A stretch of 63,872 nucleotides of DNA, the filler included. It is 4 parts of 4 records of this genome, joined end to end, with 100 filler letters (N's around TTAATTAATTAA, not from the genome) between each part and the next. Parts side by side here need not be neighbours in the genome. Positions count along the whole stretch, not along the records: positions 34,513 to 55,568 come from SRR20825010_119; 3 more parts are not named here. One strand, given 5' to 3'. Positions 43,501-52,768 of the stretch are shown one piece after another. Made by a program: the position numbers and the translations under genes. Position 1 is the first letter of the stretch; each line of letters starts with the position of its first letter. The notes beneath the pieces were generated by a model that saw only the letters and a list, made by a program, of their open reading frames with translations, had not been told where the DNA came from and did no database searches.

Positions 43501-43890
43501 AACGCGGGAGACGACGAAAAGGCATTGAAATTCTATTCCGAGGTCGCGGACAATTTCCGAAGCGAAATTGCCGCTCGGGCTCGGTTCATGATGGGTGAAA
43601 TTCACTTCGCGAACAAAACGTTCGACAAAGCGATTCCAGAATTTCAGCGAGTCATGTTTGGATTTGGGGCGGACAAGGCGGACCCAGTCATCAAGAATTG
43701 GCAAGCCAAGAGCGGGTTTGAAGCGGGTCGGTGTGCGGAACTGCTCCAGCAGTCAGCGCAAACGGATGCTGCCAAAGCAAAGGCAGCCAAGTTCGCCAAG
43801 GATTTTTACCAGTACGTGATCGATCAACACCCCGGGCACGAATTGGCCGCCAAGGCCAAGCAGCGGGCGGAGGCACTGAAAGCACCGTGA
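40549..43890 (+). CDS. Large periplasmic TPR protein (CpoB/BamD-type repeats)
   Basis: Signal peptide; many TPRs with xxxYPxSxxxxxAxYxxG turns over about 1070 aa. Confidence 0.9.
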   Translation: MPSTDRTPLFGQSRFLRVAGLLLAIIAASNWPAHRLVAQDEPVEDSAAVALYADAANFQTNGAIGLAVDTWRKFLKEYPSSPLASKASHYLGVCYMQQDTPDLKAAAEAFKTALEDTKYDLREESLSNRGWCLYAAAGTGEEADPKLLRESIATYDTLIKEIPDSRLLDRAYFYRGEAQYALGELDKAIESYNAMMKLDDIASSALRCDALYARGVALEEQKNYDQAQSSYQQLLQACADSDLVVDVEIRMGDMHLLQGEMHKAVERFDSVATNADATAEDKAYSFFRQGYAYAQDGDPTKASASYEKLLTQFPQSPYAAAATLASAQTLYQAGDLPGAASRFRDVLQGTDPVAATESAHWLARIDLGVANRDPSKTAEAAKSAYDVASELLAKGPHGSFAVALKLDAAEALSLQPDRLNDAFEQYQSIASEHSDHPLAPRALYNAAFVALQLGNTEQAVKLADSFESKFSSDPLAPDALFVGAEALLASGEASSAAERYQSLIDDAKHRDHPQRATWILRGATAWKAAGEPTKTAKLVRENLEAMNTPEQKAEALLLAGQAELSSGDAAQAAKTFQASREAAPQWARSDEAFLMAGQSQLTAGNREAAEGIWKELIRSNGESRMADQARYKLGQLANGEQQYAAAIEYFEPILASKRDAGLLPFARYAKGMAELQSQQHERAAESFSELIDQNPDHTLSDDALLSRGIAYRHLNREADSRNDLNAYLDSKPTGNNLGHALYELALLDQNASQTVQAAESLQRIVDEVPDYPDMDKVLYELGWSLRESGKDDQALTKFEQLIAKYPDNALVADAAYFVGQDHYRNSKWGDAADAFQIAADKSNDLDLKEKSLYRLGWCFYKQQKYAEAEAAFKRQYVEVQQGGLLLDSMMMIGESRFKQEQYETALRAYTKAREKIEADNDSAKTVRDKAERQVRELILLHGGQSAAQLGQYEDAIGWYDALRERFPATTYLPQVFYEIGFAAQNAGDDEKALKFYSEVADNFRSEIAARARFMMGEIHFANKTFDKAIPEFQRVMFGFGADKADPVIKNWQAKSGFEAGRCAELLQQSAQTDAAKAKAAKFAKDFYQYVIDQHPGHELAAKAKQRAEALKAP

Positions 43891-44846
43891 GATTTCTTTC
43901 CAACGACCGCCGACGACAGCGCACGACATTGGTCATCGCTATCCTGTGGGCCGCATTGTTGATCACCGCAGTACCGGGACAGTTCTTGTCGCAATCCGTG
44001 TCGGCTCAGGACGCTGCGGAACCGGCGGGTGCGACCGAGGGCATCGTCGATGCTTCTGACATCCAGTCGGTCATGAACGATGAACCGATTCAACAACCAG
44101 GATCTGACCAACCATCAGGAATCGATTTGCTGTCGTTGATCGCTCGCGGCGGTCGCTTCATGATTCCGATCGGATTGATGAGCATGTTGGTTGTGACGTT
44201 GTCGGTTGAGCGAACCCTGTCGCTACGCACTGAAAAGATCCTGCCACGGTCGCTCGTCAATCAGATCAGCGACTTGGCAGCGACGCACGAAACGTTTCCA
44301 CCCAGCACCGCACAAGAGATTTGTGTTGAAAACCCTTCGCCGGCCGCTCGTGTGATATCGGCGATGCTGATGCGAACCGGTCAACCACTCGGCGACATTG
44401 AACGGACCGCCAGCGATGCCCTGCAACGCGAAGCGGATCGTTACGCCGGCCCCGTTCGTTGGCTGACACTCGCCGCGGCCGCGACGCCGTTGATGGGGCT
44501 GCTCGGAACGGTGTGGGGCATGATCGTTGCCTTCCATGAATCGAGCACACTGACGGCAGATCGCAGCCGCAGCGAACAATTGTCAGAAGGGATTTACACC
44601 GCACTGGTGACCACCCTGGCTGGACTGGCCGTTGCAATTCCCGCCGCTATTTTGGCTCAGTATCTCGAGAACCGCATTGCAAAATTGTTCCATCGCATTG
44701 AGGAGATGGCATTCGTCATCGCTCCGGGATTGGTGCGGTTCGTCGGTCGATCTCGAATGGATGCCGAAGGACAACTGCGTCCACTTGATAATGGTGCGCC
44801 ACCGCCGATGGCCATTCATTCGCCGCCTCCCGTCACCACTTCGTGA
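43887..44846 (+). CDS. MotA/TolQ/ExbB proton channel protein
   Basis: GTG start overlapping the TPR stop (GTGA); PLMGLLGTVWGMI; GIYTALVTTLAGLAVAIP; N-terminal signal/extension. Confidence 0.93.
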   Translation: MRFLSNDRRRQRTTLVIAILWAALLITAVPGQFLSQSVSAQDAAEPAGATEGIVDASDIQSVMNDEPIQQPGSDQPSGIDLLSLIARGGRFMIPIGLMSMLVVTLSVERTLSLRTEKILPRSLVNQISDLAATHETFPPSTAQEICVENPSPAARVISAMLMRTGQPLGDIERTASDALQREADRYAGPVRWLTLAAAATPLMGLLGTVWGMIVAFHESSTLTADRSRSEQLSEGIYTALVTTLAGLAVAIPAAILAQYLENRIAKLFHRIEEMAFVIAPGLVRFVGRSRMDAEGQLRPLDNGAPPPMAIHSPPPVTTS

Positions 44847-44852
44847 TCGATC

Positions 44853-45275
44853 ATGGCTGTTCAACTCAAACGATCCAACGTCGCCGGGACACTCAGTCTG
44901 ACCCCGTTGATCGACGTGGTTTTCCTGTTGCTGATCTTCTTTCTGGTCACCAGCGAGTTTGAAGATGAGGAACGTCAGCTCGACATTGTGCTGCCATCGG
45001 CAACCAGCGCCGTGCCAATGACTAGTAAACCTCGCGAGGTCGTCGTTGATATCGACGCTGATGGAACGGTCTTCCTCCGCGGGAAAGCTACCCCGCTGAA
45101 AGAGCTCGAACTACTGCTGCAAAAAGCGGTCGCGAGCAACCCGACCAACCAAACGGTCGTGATCCGCGCCGACCAGAACACCAGCTTTCAGCCGGTCGTG
45201 AATGTGATGGATGTGTGCAATCGCACCGGTGTGAGCGACTACTCGGTTTCCACCAAAGATGGGCCGGCAGGCTGA
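44853..45275 (+). CDS. ExbD/TolR family protein
   Basis: LTPLIDVVFLLLIFF with the essential Asp; VVIRAD; VVNVMD. Confidence 0.95.
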   Translation: MAVQLKRSNVAGTLSLTPLIDVVFLLLIFFLVTSEFEDEERQLDIVLPSATSAVPMTSKPREVVVDIDADGTVFLRGKATPLKELELLLQKAVASNPTNQTVVIRADQNTSFQPVVNVMDVCNRTGVSDYSVSTKDGPAG

Positions 45276-48021
45276 TCAATTGAGTAAAGACCCTAACCTA
45301 TTTGACGAGATCTCAGATCCCGATGACGAGCGCATGTGGCCACTCGACGTCGCGTTGATTTCGTTGACCGGTCTGATTCTTTACATCATCTTGGGTTATC
45401 TGTCGTTTGATGACCCACGTCCGATGTACAACGCGTGGACCTACGTGATTGCGGTGCCTTTGATTGGTGCTGTGTCCGCATTCACGTTGCACCAGATCGC
45501 GTCGAAATACGTTCAGAAGTCGTTTCAGCTCGGTTTCCTCTTCAGCATCTTCGTGCACTTGTTGTTGGTCGTATTGGCGGTGCAGTGGATGATCTTTCCA
45601 CACTACTTCCCCGAGGCATTTGCCGGGGTGAAGCCGGACCGATCTCCGATCCGCAAAACGGTTCCTGAATACCTGTTTCAAAAGCCAGACGAATCCAACG
45701 CGGTGACTCCCGATTGGTCGCAACCCGTCGACGCAGAAACAACGTCGCAGGTCATCCCTCTCGAACAACGACAGATGCCGCCGGTGAAACGTTCGGCACC
45801 TCGACTGGAAGTTCCGCGTCCCAACGCAGAGCAACCGCGAGAACCAGAAAAGTTTTTGATGGAACGCGTGCAGCCAGAAATGGCAAAGCCACAACCATCC
45901 GACTCGCCTTCCCGGTTGGCTCGACGTCGCCAACCAACCGAGCCTGCTCCTCAATCGCAATCGGCACCGCGAGCACCCGAGATTGATACGTCGGTGGCAC
46001 CATCGGCGGATCAATCGCCGACAGAGAAATCAACGTCCGCGGCGGCAAAACGACAGCGCAGCGGAGCGTCGATCGCCACGTCGGCTGATATGGCGCCGAC
46101 ACCCAGCCGCGATCCGGCGCCGGCGCCCGTGCCGACAATGCGTGCGATGGCGGAATCGTTGCCGACGGTTGGATCGGCAGGGATTGCCCGCGAACGAAGC
46201 CAACGCCAAAGACCGACCAGGCAATCCGCGGCGGGAGCCGCTCCAACTCCGCCGACCGTTTCGATCGCGAAGATCGAGGTCGACGCCGAGCGGATGCTTA
46301 CACCAGAACTCGCACCTGTTCAGCGAACCAGCCAAGCGGTGGGCGCAAACGTGACACTGTCACCGGGTGAATCCGCCATGGCGGCACTCGACAATGCTCC
46401 GACGACGGGGCAGGGCGATCTACCGCAAGCTGCTCGCTTGGCCACGATGGCGGGAATCCCGGATGCCACCAATCAAGCACTCAGCCGGCCTCGATCAGCC
46501 AAACGACGAAGCGTTGGACAACGAAGCGGTTCGACGGGACCGGGGCCTGATTCGGGGGCGATTGCAGCGATGCTGGCTGATGCTTCGGCTGACAACACTG
46601 ATGCAGAAGCATCCGACGCAGCCACGGATCGCGACCTCAGCGATGACGCTCGCTCACGCGACTCAGCCCGCAACACGGAGTCTTCACTGAACGAATTGGC
46701 GATGACCGCGGATCCGGTCTTCGACCTGAACGCCCCGGAAGGTCCGGCCGGGCTATCCGTTGAACGAGCCGAAAAGGCCGGTATTGTCCCATCCGATGAA
46801 CCGGTGGAAATCGCGGCTTTGGACCTTACCCGTGGCCCACGCCAACGACGTGATGTCGGGGGCCCGGTCACACCGGCGGGATTGTCAATCGCAGCCGTGG
46901 AGCAATTCAGCCGGCGAGTCCAACGCACCAACGGTGGCGCCGCACCAGCTCCCGCCGGGATGGTCGGCCCAGCCACGGAAGAAGCCATCGAGCTTGGCCT
47001 CGCCTATCTCGCTTCCTTGCAAAACGAAGACGGCAGCTGGTCCCTTCAAGGGCACGGTGAAGCGGTGATGCTGCAATCTGACACCGCCGCAACTGGCATG
47101 TGCTTGTTGGCGTATCAAGGTGCTGGCTACACACACCGCCAACATCAATACGCACCGGTTGTCGCCAAAGGACTGAAATTCCTGATCGATAACCAACGCA
47201 CTAATGGTGATTTGTATCGCCGAGAGAACCCGTTGAGCGATCAAAACGTCGCGTTCTATTCGCACGGCATTGCATCGTTGGCGATGTGCGAAGCGTACGG
47301 CATGACACAAGACAGCGAACTGCGTGAACCGGCTCAGATGTGCCTCAACTACATCGAAGCAACACAGCATAAACAACGCGGTGGATGGCGATACACACCG
47401 CAAGTCAGCAGTGATACGAGCGTCACCGGTTGGATGATGATGGCACTCAAAAGCGGCGAGCTGTCTGGCCTGGATGTTGAACCGGACACCTATGCCGGAA
47501 TCAATCGCTGGTTGGAACTGGCCAAAGCCAGCCCCACGGAACGCGACCGATACCGATACAACCCGTTCGCTCCCAACACTCCCGCACAAGCGCACGGACG
47601 ACGCCCATCGCCCACAATGACTGCGGTCGGAATTTTGATGCGAATGTACTCGGGTTGGAGCCGGGAGAATGAAGACATGCAGTCAGCAGCCGACTACATC
47701 GCTAAGTTCCCGCCCAGCATCGGAACGAATCGGGCGCCACAACGAGACACCTATTACTGGTACTACGCCACTCAGGTCATGTTCCACATGGGCGGCGAGC
47801 ACTGGGACAACTGGAATCAATACCTCAATCCAGTCCTGATCGACAGCCAGATCAAACGAGGACCGGAAGCGGGCAGTTGGGATCCTGAATTGCCCGTGCC
47901 GGATCGATGGAGTGCACATGGCGGACGCTTGTACGTCACCGCCATGAACCTACTGAATCTGGAAGTCTACTACCGGCATTTGCCGATCTACGAAGAAACC
48001 GGCGCTCAACCAGAGTTCTAA
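45259..48021 (+). CDS. Membrane-anchored protein with a TonB/TolA-like TM, a Pro-rich linker and a C-terminal prenyltransferase/squalene-cyclase-like alpha/alpha barrel
   Basis: Three N-terminal TM segments, the last FSIFVHLLL; long P/A/R/S linker; QW-like repeats (QNEDGSW, QRTNGDL, QHKQRGGW, QIKRGPEAGSW). Confidence 0.85.
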   Translation: MGRQADQLSKDPNLFDEISDPDDERMWPLDVALISLTGLILYIILGYLSFDDPRPMYNAWTYVIAVPLIGAVSAFTLHQIASKYVQKSFQLGFLFSIFVHLLLVVLAVQWMIFPHYFPEAFAGVKPDRSPIRKTVPEYLFQKPDESNAVTPDWSQPVDAETTSQVIPLEQRQMPPVKRSAPRLEVPRPNAEQPREPEKFLMERVQPEMAKPQPSDSPSRLARRRQPTEPAPQSQSAPRAPEIDTSVAPSADQSPTEKSTSAAAKRQRSGASIATSADMAPTPSRDPAPAPVPTMRAMAESLPTVGSAGIARERSQRQRPTRQSAAGAAPTPPTVSIAKIEVDAERMLTPELAPVQRTSQAVGANVTLSPGESAMAALDNAPTTGQGDLPQAARLATMAGIPDATNQALSRPRSAKRRSVGQRSGSTGPGPDSGAIAAMLADASADNTDAEASDAATDRDLSDDARSRDSARNTESSLNELAMTADPVFDLNAPEGPAGLSVERAEKAGIVPSDEPVEIAALDLTRGPRQRRDVGGPVTPAGLSIAAVEQFSRRVQRTNGGAAPAPAGMVGPATEEAIELGLAYLASLQNEDGSWSLQGHGEAVMLQSDTAATGMCLLAYQGAGYTHRQHQYAPVVAKGLKFLIDNQRTNGDLYRRENPLSDQNVAFYSHGIASLAMCEAYGMTQDSELREPAQMCLNYIEATQHKQRGGWRYTPQVSSDTSVTGWMMMALKSGELSGLDVEPDTYAGINRWLELAKASPTERDRYRYNPFAPNTPAQAHGRRPSPTMTAVGILMRMYSGWSRENEDMQSAADYIAKFPPSIGTNRAPQRDTYYWYYATQVMFHMGGEHWDNWNQYLNPVLIDSQIKRGPEAGSWDPELPVPDRWSAHGGRLYVTAMNLLNLEVYYRHLPIYEETGAQPEF

Positions 48022-48023
48022 CT

Positions 48024-49481
48024 TCAGCGTGATGCGGGTCGTCCGCCACGTCCGCGATTGTTCTTCGAACCGCCGGACTTGCCAGCTTCGCTGCCGGCTG
48101 ACTTGCGTCCCACCGTGCTTCCGCGGCCACTGACGCTGCCTTCGGCTCGCCCGCGACGGCGACGACCACCGGGCTTGGATCCTCCACCCGTACCACCTTG
48201 AGCTCCCGAGCCAGAACGCGAGCGACCACCGCCGCTTCGTCCGCCGCCGCCAGAGCGACCTCCAGAACGCGAGCTTGCTTTGTCGCCGGATTCCGGATCT
48301 TGCAACGGCCGTGGTTGGCAACCGGGCAACCCCGTCGCGACGGGAATTTGCAGTTTGATCTCTCGCTCAATCGCGGTGAAGAACTTGGTCTCATGACCAC
48401 CACAGAACATCACCGTCTCGCCTTCGCGTCCCGCCCGCCCCGTCCGGCCAATCCGGTGAACATAGGCTTCGGGAGTGTTGGGCGTGTCGTAGTTGATCAC
48501 GGTTTGGATGCCATCGATGTCGATCCCGCGAGCGGCCACATCGGTTGCCACCAAAACATCGAGTTCATCGTTTTTGAACTTGTTCAGCGTCCGAACACGG
48601 TTGGCTTGAGTCTTGTTGCCGTGAATCGCCGCGGCTTTCACACCGGCTTTAACCAATCGCCTAGCAACCGCATCGGCACCGTGCTTGGTGCGAGTGAAAA
48701 CCAACGTTGAACCGGTGGCCTTCGTTTCGATGAAGTGATTGAGCAATCGCGGCTTGTCGGCTTGAGCGACAAAACAAATCGATTGTTCAATTCGTTCGAC
48801 CGTGGGCTTCTGCGGTGCGATTTGAATGGTGACTGGATCGACCAAAATTTCGTCGGCCAGTTTACGAATGGGTCCCGGCATGGTCGCCGAGAACAGCAGA
48901 TTCTGTCGATCGCGAGGCAGAAACTTCAGGATGCGTTTGACGTCGGGCAGAAACCCCATGTCGAGCATGTGATCAGCTTCGTCGAGAACCAGGATTTCAA
49001 CGTCCTTCAAATCGATGAAACCTTGGTTGACCAAATCCAACAATCGACCGGGCGTGGCAACCAGCGTGTCGACGCCAGATTGCAATTCACGAACTTGCGG
49101 GTTTTGGTTGACACCTCCGAAAATGACCGTGCTGCGTAGCCGGGTCTTTTTGCCGTAGATTCGAAAATTTGCTTCGATTTGGGCGGACAACTCACGAGTT
49201 GGCGAAAGCACCAACGTGCGGATGGGTCGTCGCCCGGGACGTCCACCACGACGCTTGGATGGCTCACGGCGTTCCTGGTCGTCCTCCCACATGATCTGCA
49301 GGATCGGTAAAGCAAACGCGGCCGTTTTGCCAGTGCCGGTTTGAGCGGCACCGAGAACATCGTTGCCGTCGAGGATTTCGGGGATGGATTGAGCTTGGAT
49401 GGGGGTCGGAGTTTCGTAGCCGGCTTGCTCGAGGCCTTGCAGCAAAGGGCCAGTCAGCCCCAGATCTTCAAATTTGTTCAA
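48024..49481 (-). CDS. DEAD-box RNA helicase (RhlE-like)
   Basis: PTPIQ, AQTGTGKT, PTREL, TPGRL, DEAD, SAT, ARGID, HRIGRTGRAG; G/R-rich tail; probable TTG start at 49481. Confidence 0.93.
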   Translation of the reverse strand: MNKFEDLGLTGPLLQGLEQAGYETPTPIQAQSIPEILDGNDVLGAAQTGTGKTAAFALPILQIMWEDDQERREPSKRRGGRPGRRPIRTLVLSPTRELSAQIEANFRIYGKKTRLRSTVIFGGVNQNPQVRELQSGVDTLVATPGRLLDLVNQGFIDLKDVEILVLDEADHMLDMGFLPDVKRILKFLPRDRQNLLFSATMPGPIRKLADEILVDPVTIQIAPQKPTVERIEQSICFVAQADKPRLLNHFIETKATGSTLVFTRTKHGADAVARRLVKAGVKAAAIHGNKTQANRVRTLNKFKNDELDVLVATDVAARGIDIDGIQTVINYDTPNTPEAYVHRIGRTGRAGREGETVMFCGGHETKFFTAIEREIKLQIPVATGLPGCQPRPLQDPESGDKASSRSGGRSGGGGRSGGGRSRSGSGAQGGTGGGSKPGGRRRRGRAEGSVSGRGSTVGRKSAGSEAGKSGGSKNNRGRGGRPASR

Positions 49482-49792
49482 AACAGGGTCCAAGGTGGGA
49501 ATCGAATCACGCGGAGCGTGAGCCGTGCAATCAGCGAGCCCGTTGAACCACTTCCTGGTCGCTCTAGAACTCGCCCCAGGACCAAGATGGTGTTCCCCTC
49601 GTTCACAACCATGTGAGCGATACAGGGACCCAATGAACCCGGATGCGTTGACCGCCAAGTCGCGAAAAAAATCGTCGCGGGCGGTTTGTTGCAAAAGACT
49701 AGCTATCCGCCCTCAAAAGTCCATTGCAAATCGGCTTTCACACGCTGGAATGCGAGTTTCTGCCCCCCAGCAATCCGATGACGGAGATTCTG

Positions 49793-50194
49793 TCACTTCC
49801 CCAATCGTCCAAGGACCGATCGAGCCCGTTTGGCGGCCGACGCGAGTGCGTCGGCACTGGTGTCGGCGAGTTCTTGAAGGACTTTGGCAGTGGACGCATC
49901 GATCTGAGGCAATCGCCCGAGCATTGTAGCGGTCCAGTAAAGCTGATCAGACGCCAGAGGACTCCAGCTTTCACCGTCCTCGCCTTCGTACAACACCGTC
50001 TCCAACAATCCGGCCATCTCTTCTTCCTCATCTGCGGTCGGCTCAACTGATCCCGACAAAACCTCCGCTGCCCAAGTCCGAACCTCTTCGTCGTCCGATT
50101 GCAAAGCGAGTAGACAATCGACAGTCTTTCCATGGACGTTTTCTTGACGAGCCAATGACTCCAGCTCGCTCAGGGACAATTCGTTCTCGCTCAT
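49793..50194 (-). CDS. Hypothetical HEAT-repeat-like protein
   Basis: LQSDDEEVRTWAAEVL and YWTATMLGRL helical pairs; directly after glcF. Confidence 0.65.
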   Translation of the reverse strand: MSENELSLSELESLARQENVHGKTVDCLLALQSDDEEVRTWAAEVLSGSVEPTADEEEEMAGLLETVLYEGEDGESWSPLASDQLYWTATMLGRLPQIDASTAKVLQELADTSADALASAAKRARSVLGRLGK

Positions 50195-50204
50195 CAAGGT
50201 CGCT

Positions 50205-51530
50205 TCAGTTCAAGATTGGATTGGGTGAAGGGGATTCATTCAGACAAGCACTGAGAAACTCCATCGTGTGCATGACCCGCGGGGCCGGATGGGCTTCGGT
50301 CGCCATCGAATTCAGATGTGTCTGCAACTGCGTCAAACAACCGATGTTGCCGCTGACCACAATCGGGGCTCCCGTTGCCATCACGGCCTTGGCTTTCCGA
50401 CGCCCAAGTTCATCCGCGGTATCGGGTTGATCCAAGTTGTAAGTTCCGGCTGAGCCGCAACACAAGTGCGCCTCCGCCACATCCACCAGCTCCACATCCG
50501 GCACCCGGCGAAGCAACTCACGCGGTTGCACTCGCACGCCTTGGGCGTTGGCCAAATGGCAGGCGTCGTGGTAGGCCACTCGCACAATGGCCTCGCCCTC
50601 GTGGACCAAGGCAGGTCGCTTCAGCCGAAGCCGATCGGCGTGTTCGCAGACCACCACCGACACGTCCTTGACTATGCCGGCCAGATCACTGGCCTGTGAC
50701 TCGATGTCGGTGCCACGCAAGATCATGCCGTATTCCTGCATGCCCGATCCGCAACCGGCCGCGTTGGTCACAACCGCATCGAAAGACTGCTGATCACCCG
50801 CAAACACTCGCACGTTATTGCGAGCGAACTTGGCCGCACGATCACCATCACCGACGTGCCAGGCAAGCGACCCACAGCAACTCTGTTGAGTCGGCACGAC
50901 CACTTCCAAACCAATGTGCCGCAGCACATGAATTGTGGCTTCATTGATTTGAGGTGCCAGGACTTGTTGAGCACACCCGGCCAGCAACGCGACCCGGCCG
51001 ACCTGGTCTCCCATCGGTGCGTAGCGCGGCTGCAGCTCTTTCGCGGCGGGCAAGGTTTCCGGCAACAACTCCAACATCGGCCGCAACACCGGTGGCACCA
51101 AGGCGGAGAGTTTCTTGCCGATCATTCCCATCCGTGCCGCGAGGCGAAAGCGATTGGGATACGGCAGCGTTTGAGCGGTCAACCAACGTTGCAACCTTTG
51201 TGGCCAAGCCACGGTGGTGCGTTCTCGAACAAGCGATCGATACGGACTGAGCAGATGTCGGTACGAAACACCCGATGGGCAAGCGGGCTCGCACGCCAAA
51301 CAACCCAAGCACGCGTCCAAGTGTGGTGCGGCTTTGTCGGCCGGCATCGCCCCTTCCAACACTTCCTTCATCAAAATGATGCGACCGCGAGGTGAATCGG
51401 ACTCTCGCTGCAACACGTCATAGGTCGGGCATGCCGACAAACAAAAGCCACAACGAATGCAAGTGCTGACAGCTTCCGCCATCGCATCCGCATTAGGACC
51501 AGAACTTTCCAAGGGAATGTCATGTTGCAT
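50205..51530 (-). CDS. glcF: Glycolate oxidase iron-sulfur subunit
   Basis: CIRCGFCLSACP, CLGCLACEPACP, CCG domains, YHDACHL, CCGSAGTYN. Confidence 0.92.
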   Translation of the reverse strand: MQHDIPLESSGPNADAMAEAVSTCIRCGFCLSACPTYDVLQRESDSPRGRIILMKEVLEGAMPADKAAPHLDACLGCLACEPACPSGVSYRHLLSPYRSLVRERTTVAWPQRLQRWLTAQTLPYPNRFRLAARMGMIGKKLSALVPPVLRPMLELLPETLPAAKELQPRYAPMGDQVGRVALLAGCAQQVLAPQINEATIHVLRHIGLEVVVPTQQSCCGSLAWHVGDGDRAAKFARNNVRVFAGDQQSFDAVVTNAAGCGSGMQEYGMILRGTDIESQASDLAGIVKDVSVVVCEHADRLRLKRPALVHEGEAIVRVAYHDACHLANAQGVRVQPRELLRRVPDVELVDVAEAHLCCGSAGTYNLDQPDTADELGRRKAKAVMATGAPIVVSGNIGCLTQLQTHLNSMATEAHPAPRVMHTMEFLSACLNESPSPNPILN

Positions 51531-51535
51531 GGCGA

Positions 51536-52768
51536 TCAAGCCTCCCGGCGTTTTGTGTGCGATCGCTCGCCGAACTGAAACGGTGCAAAGCGTCCACGCG
51601 GATCGATCGCCTTGGCCACTCGCATGACCACTTCGTCATGCCGCCACATCCCCATTTGTGTTCCGTGCGTCGAAGAATCACCTGCGTTGAGCACCAAACC
51701 GGCCAGTCCATGCTCGATCAACCATGAGTCCAAAACTTGTAGGTCGCCGGAACCTGTGACGAACAGGACATTGCCGGCCAAGCCGAAGTGCATCCTCCAA
51801 CCACGCTCAGTCAACTCACTGGGAAACGTCTGAACGACGGTTTCAATTTGTCGCGGAGTCATCGGAATTCGAACCGCGACATCTCCTTCGACATGCAACA
51901 GTTTCGACCACGACTTTTCGGCATGGTCTTCGGACAGCCTTCGCGTATCCGCCTCGCCCACATTGCGTTGAACACGATCCATGATGGACTCTGCCACCGC
52001 CTGCGGTCCGGGCACTTTCAACACGATGGACCAATCATCGGGATCAGTCATTCCAGGCTGGCACAACTCAATCGCATCCAATTCCACCGGCAGGCGGGTC
52101 AGCGTTTGCATGTGCATGGTTGCTGACGCAAGGTCGCGGCATCTGACGACCCAAGTTTGCGGCTCGATCGATTGAGGAAAGACCTTGAAGGTCAATCGAG
52201 TCAGCACTCCCAATCGACCAAGACTTCCGACCATCAGTTTGGGAAAATCAAACCCAGCCGCGTTCTTGACCACCGGCGCGCCGGTATGCACTTCGTTGCC
52301 CAAACCATCCAGGAAGGATGCGGCGAGAATGAAGTCGCGTAGTCCCCCGTATCTCCATCGACCAGGGCCGCTCCATCCCGAAGCAACGCAGCCACCAATG
52401 GTTGCACCCAATTTGGCTCTCGGTGGATCAAAGGGCAGAGCCTGACCATTTGCCGAAAGCGCAGCCATGATCTCTTCCAACGGCGTTCCTGAGGCGACCG
52501 AGATGGTGAACTCGGACGGGTCGTACTGAAGGATGCCCGAAAGCTTCCGCGTGGAATAACGCCGCGCAGTGATGCTTGCTGATTCAGTCTTCTCGGTGCG
52601 GTTCACACGAGACAAACCTGGCTTGCTGCATCGCCCCACAGGGATCAGATGATCGCCGCCCGAGGAAGCGTTCCAATCGCGAATCAGATCGGCCCAGTGC
52701 TGGACTGATTCGGGAGCCTCGATGTTGTCCGTCGTTGCAGACGCAGGATTGGATTCCATGTCACTCAC
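51536..52768 (-). CDS. glcE: Glycolate oxidase FAD-binding subunit
   Basis: LPFDPP, ATIGGCVASG, GAPVVKNAAGFDFPKLMVGSLG. Confidence 0.9.
   Translation of the reverse strand: MSDMESNPASATTDNIEAPESVQHWADLIRDWNASSGGDHLIPVGRCSKPGLSRVNRTEKTESASITARRYSTRKLSGILQYDPSEFTISVASGTPLEEIMAALSANGQALPFDPPRAKLGATIGGCVASGWSGPGRWRYGGLRDFILAASFLDGLGNEVHTGAPVVKNAAGFDFPKLMVGSLGRLGVLTRLTFKVFPQSIEPQTWVVRCRDLASATMHMQTLTRLPVELDAIELCQPGMTDPDDWSIVLKVPGPQAVAESIMDRVQRNVGEADTRRLSEDHAEKSWSKLLHVEGDVAVRIPMTPRQIETVVQTFPSELTERGWRMHFGLAGNVLFVTGSGDLQVLDSWLIEHGLAGLVLNAGDSSTHGTQMGMWRHDEVVMRVAKAIDPRGRFAPFQFGERSHTKRREA

Noticed and set aside
45259-48021. Squalene-hopene cyclase / hopanoid biosynthesis
   Set aside because: No DxDD motif, a single barrel on a membrane-tethered linker, and no isoprenoid genes nearby
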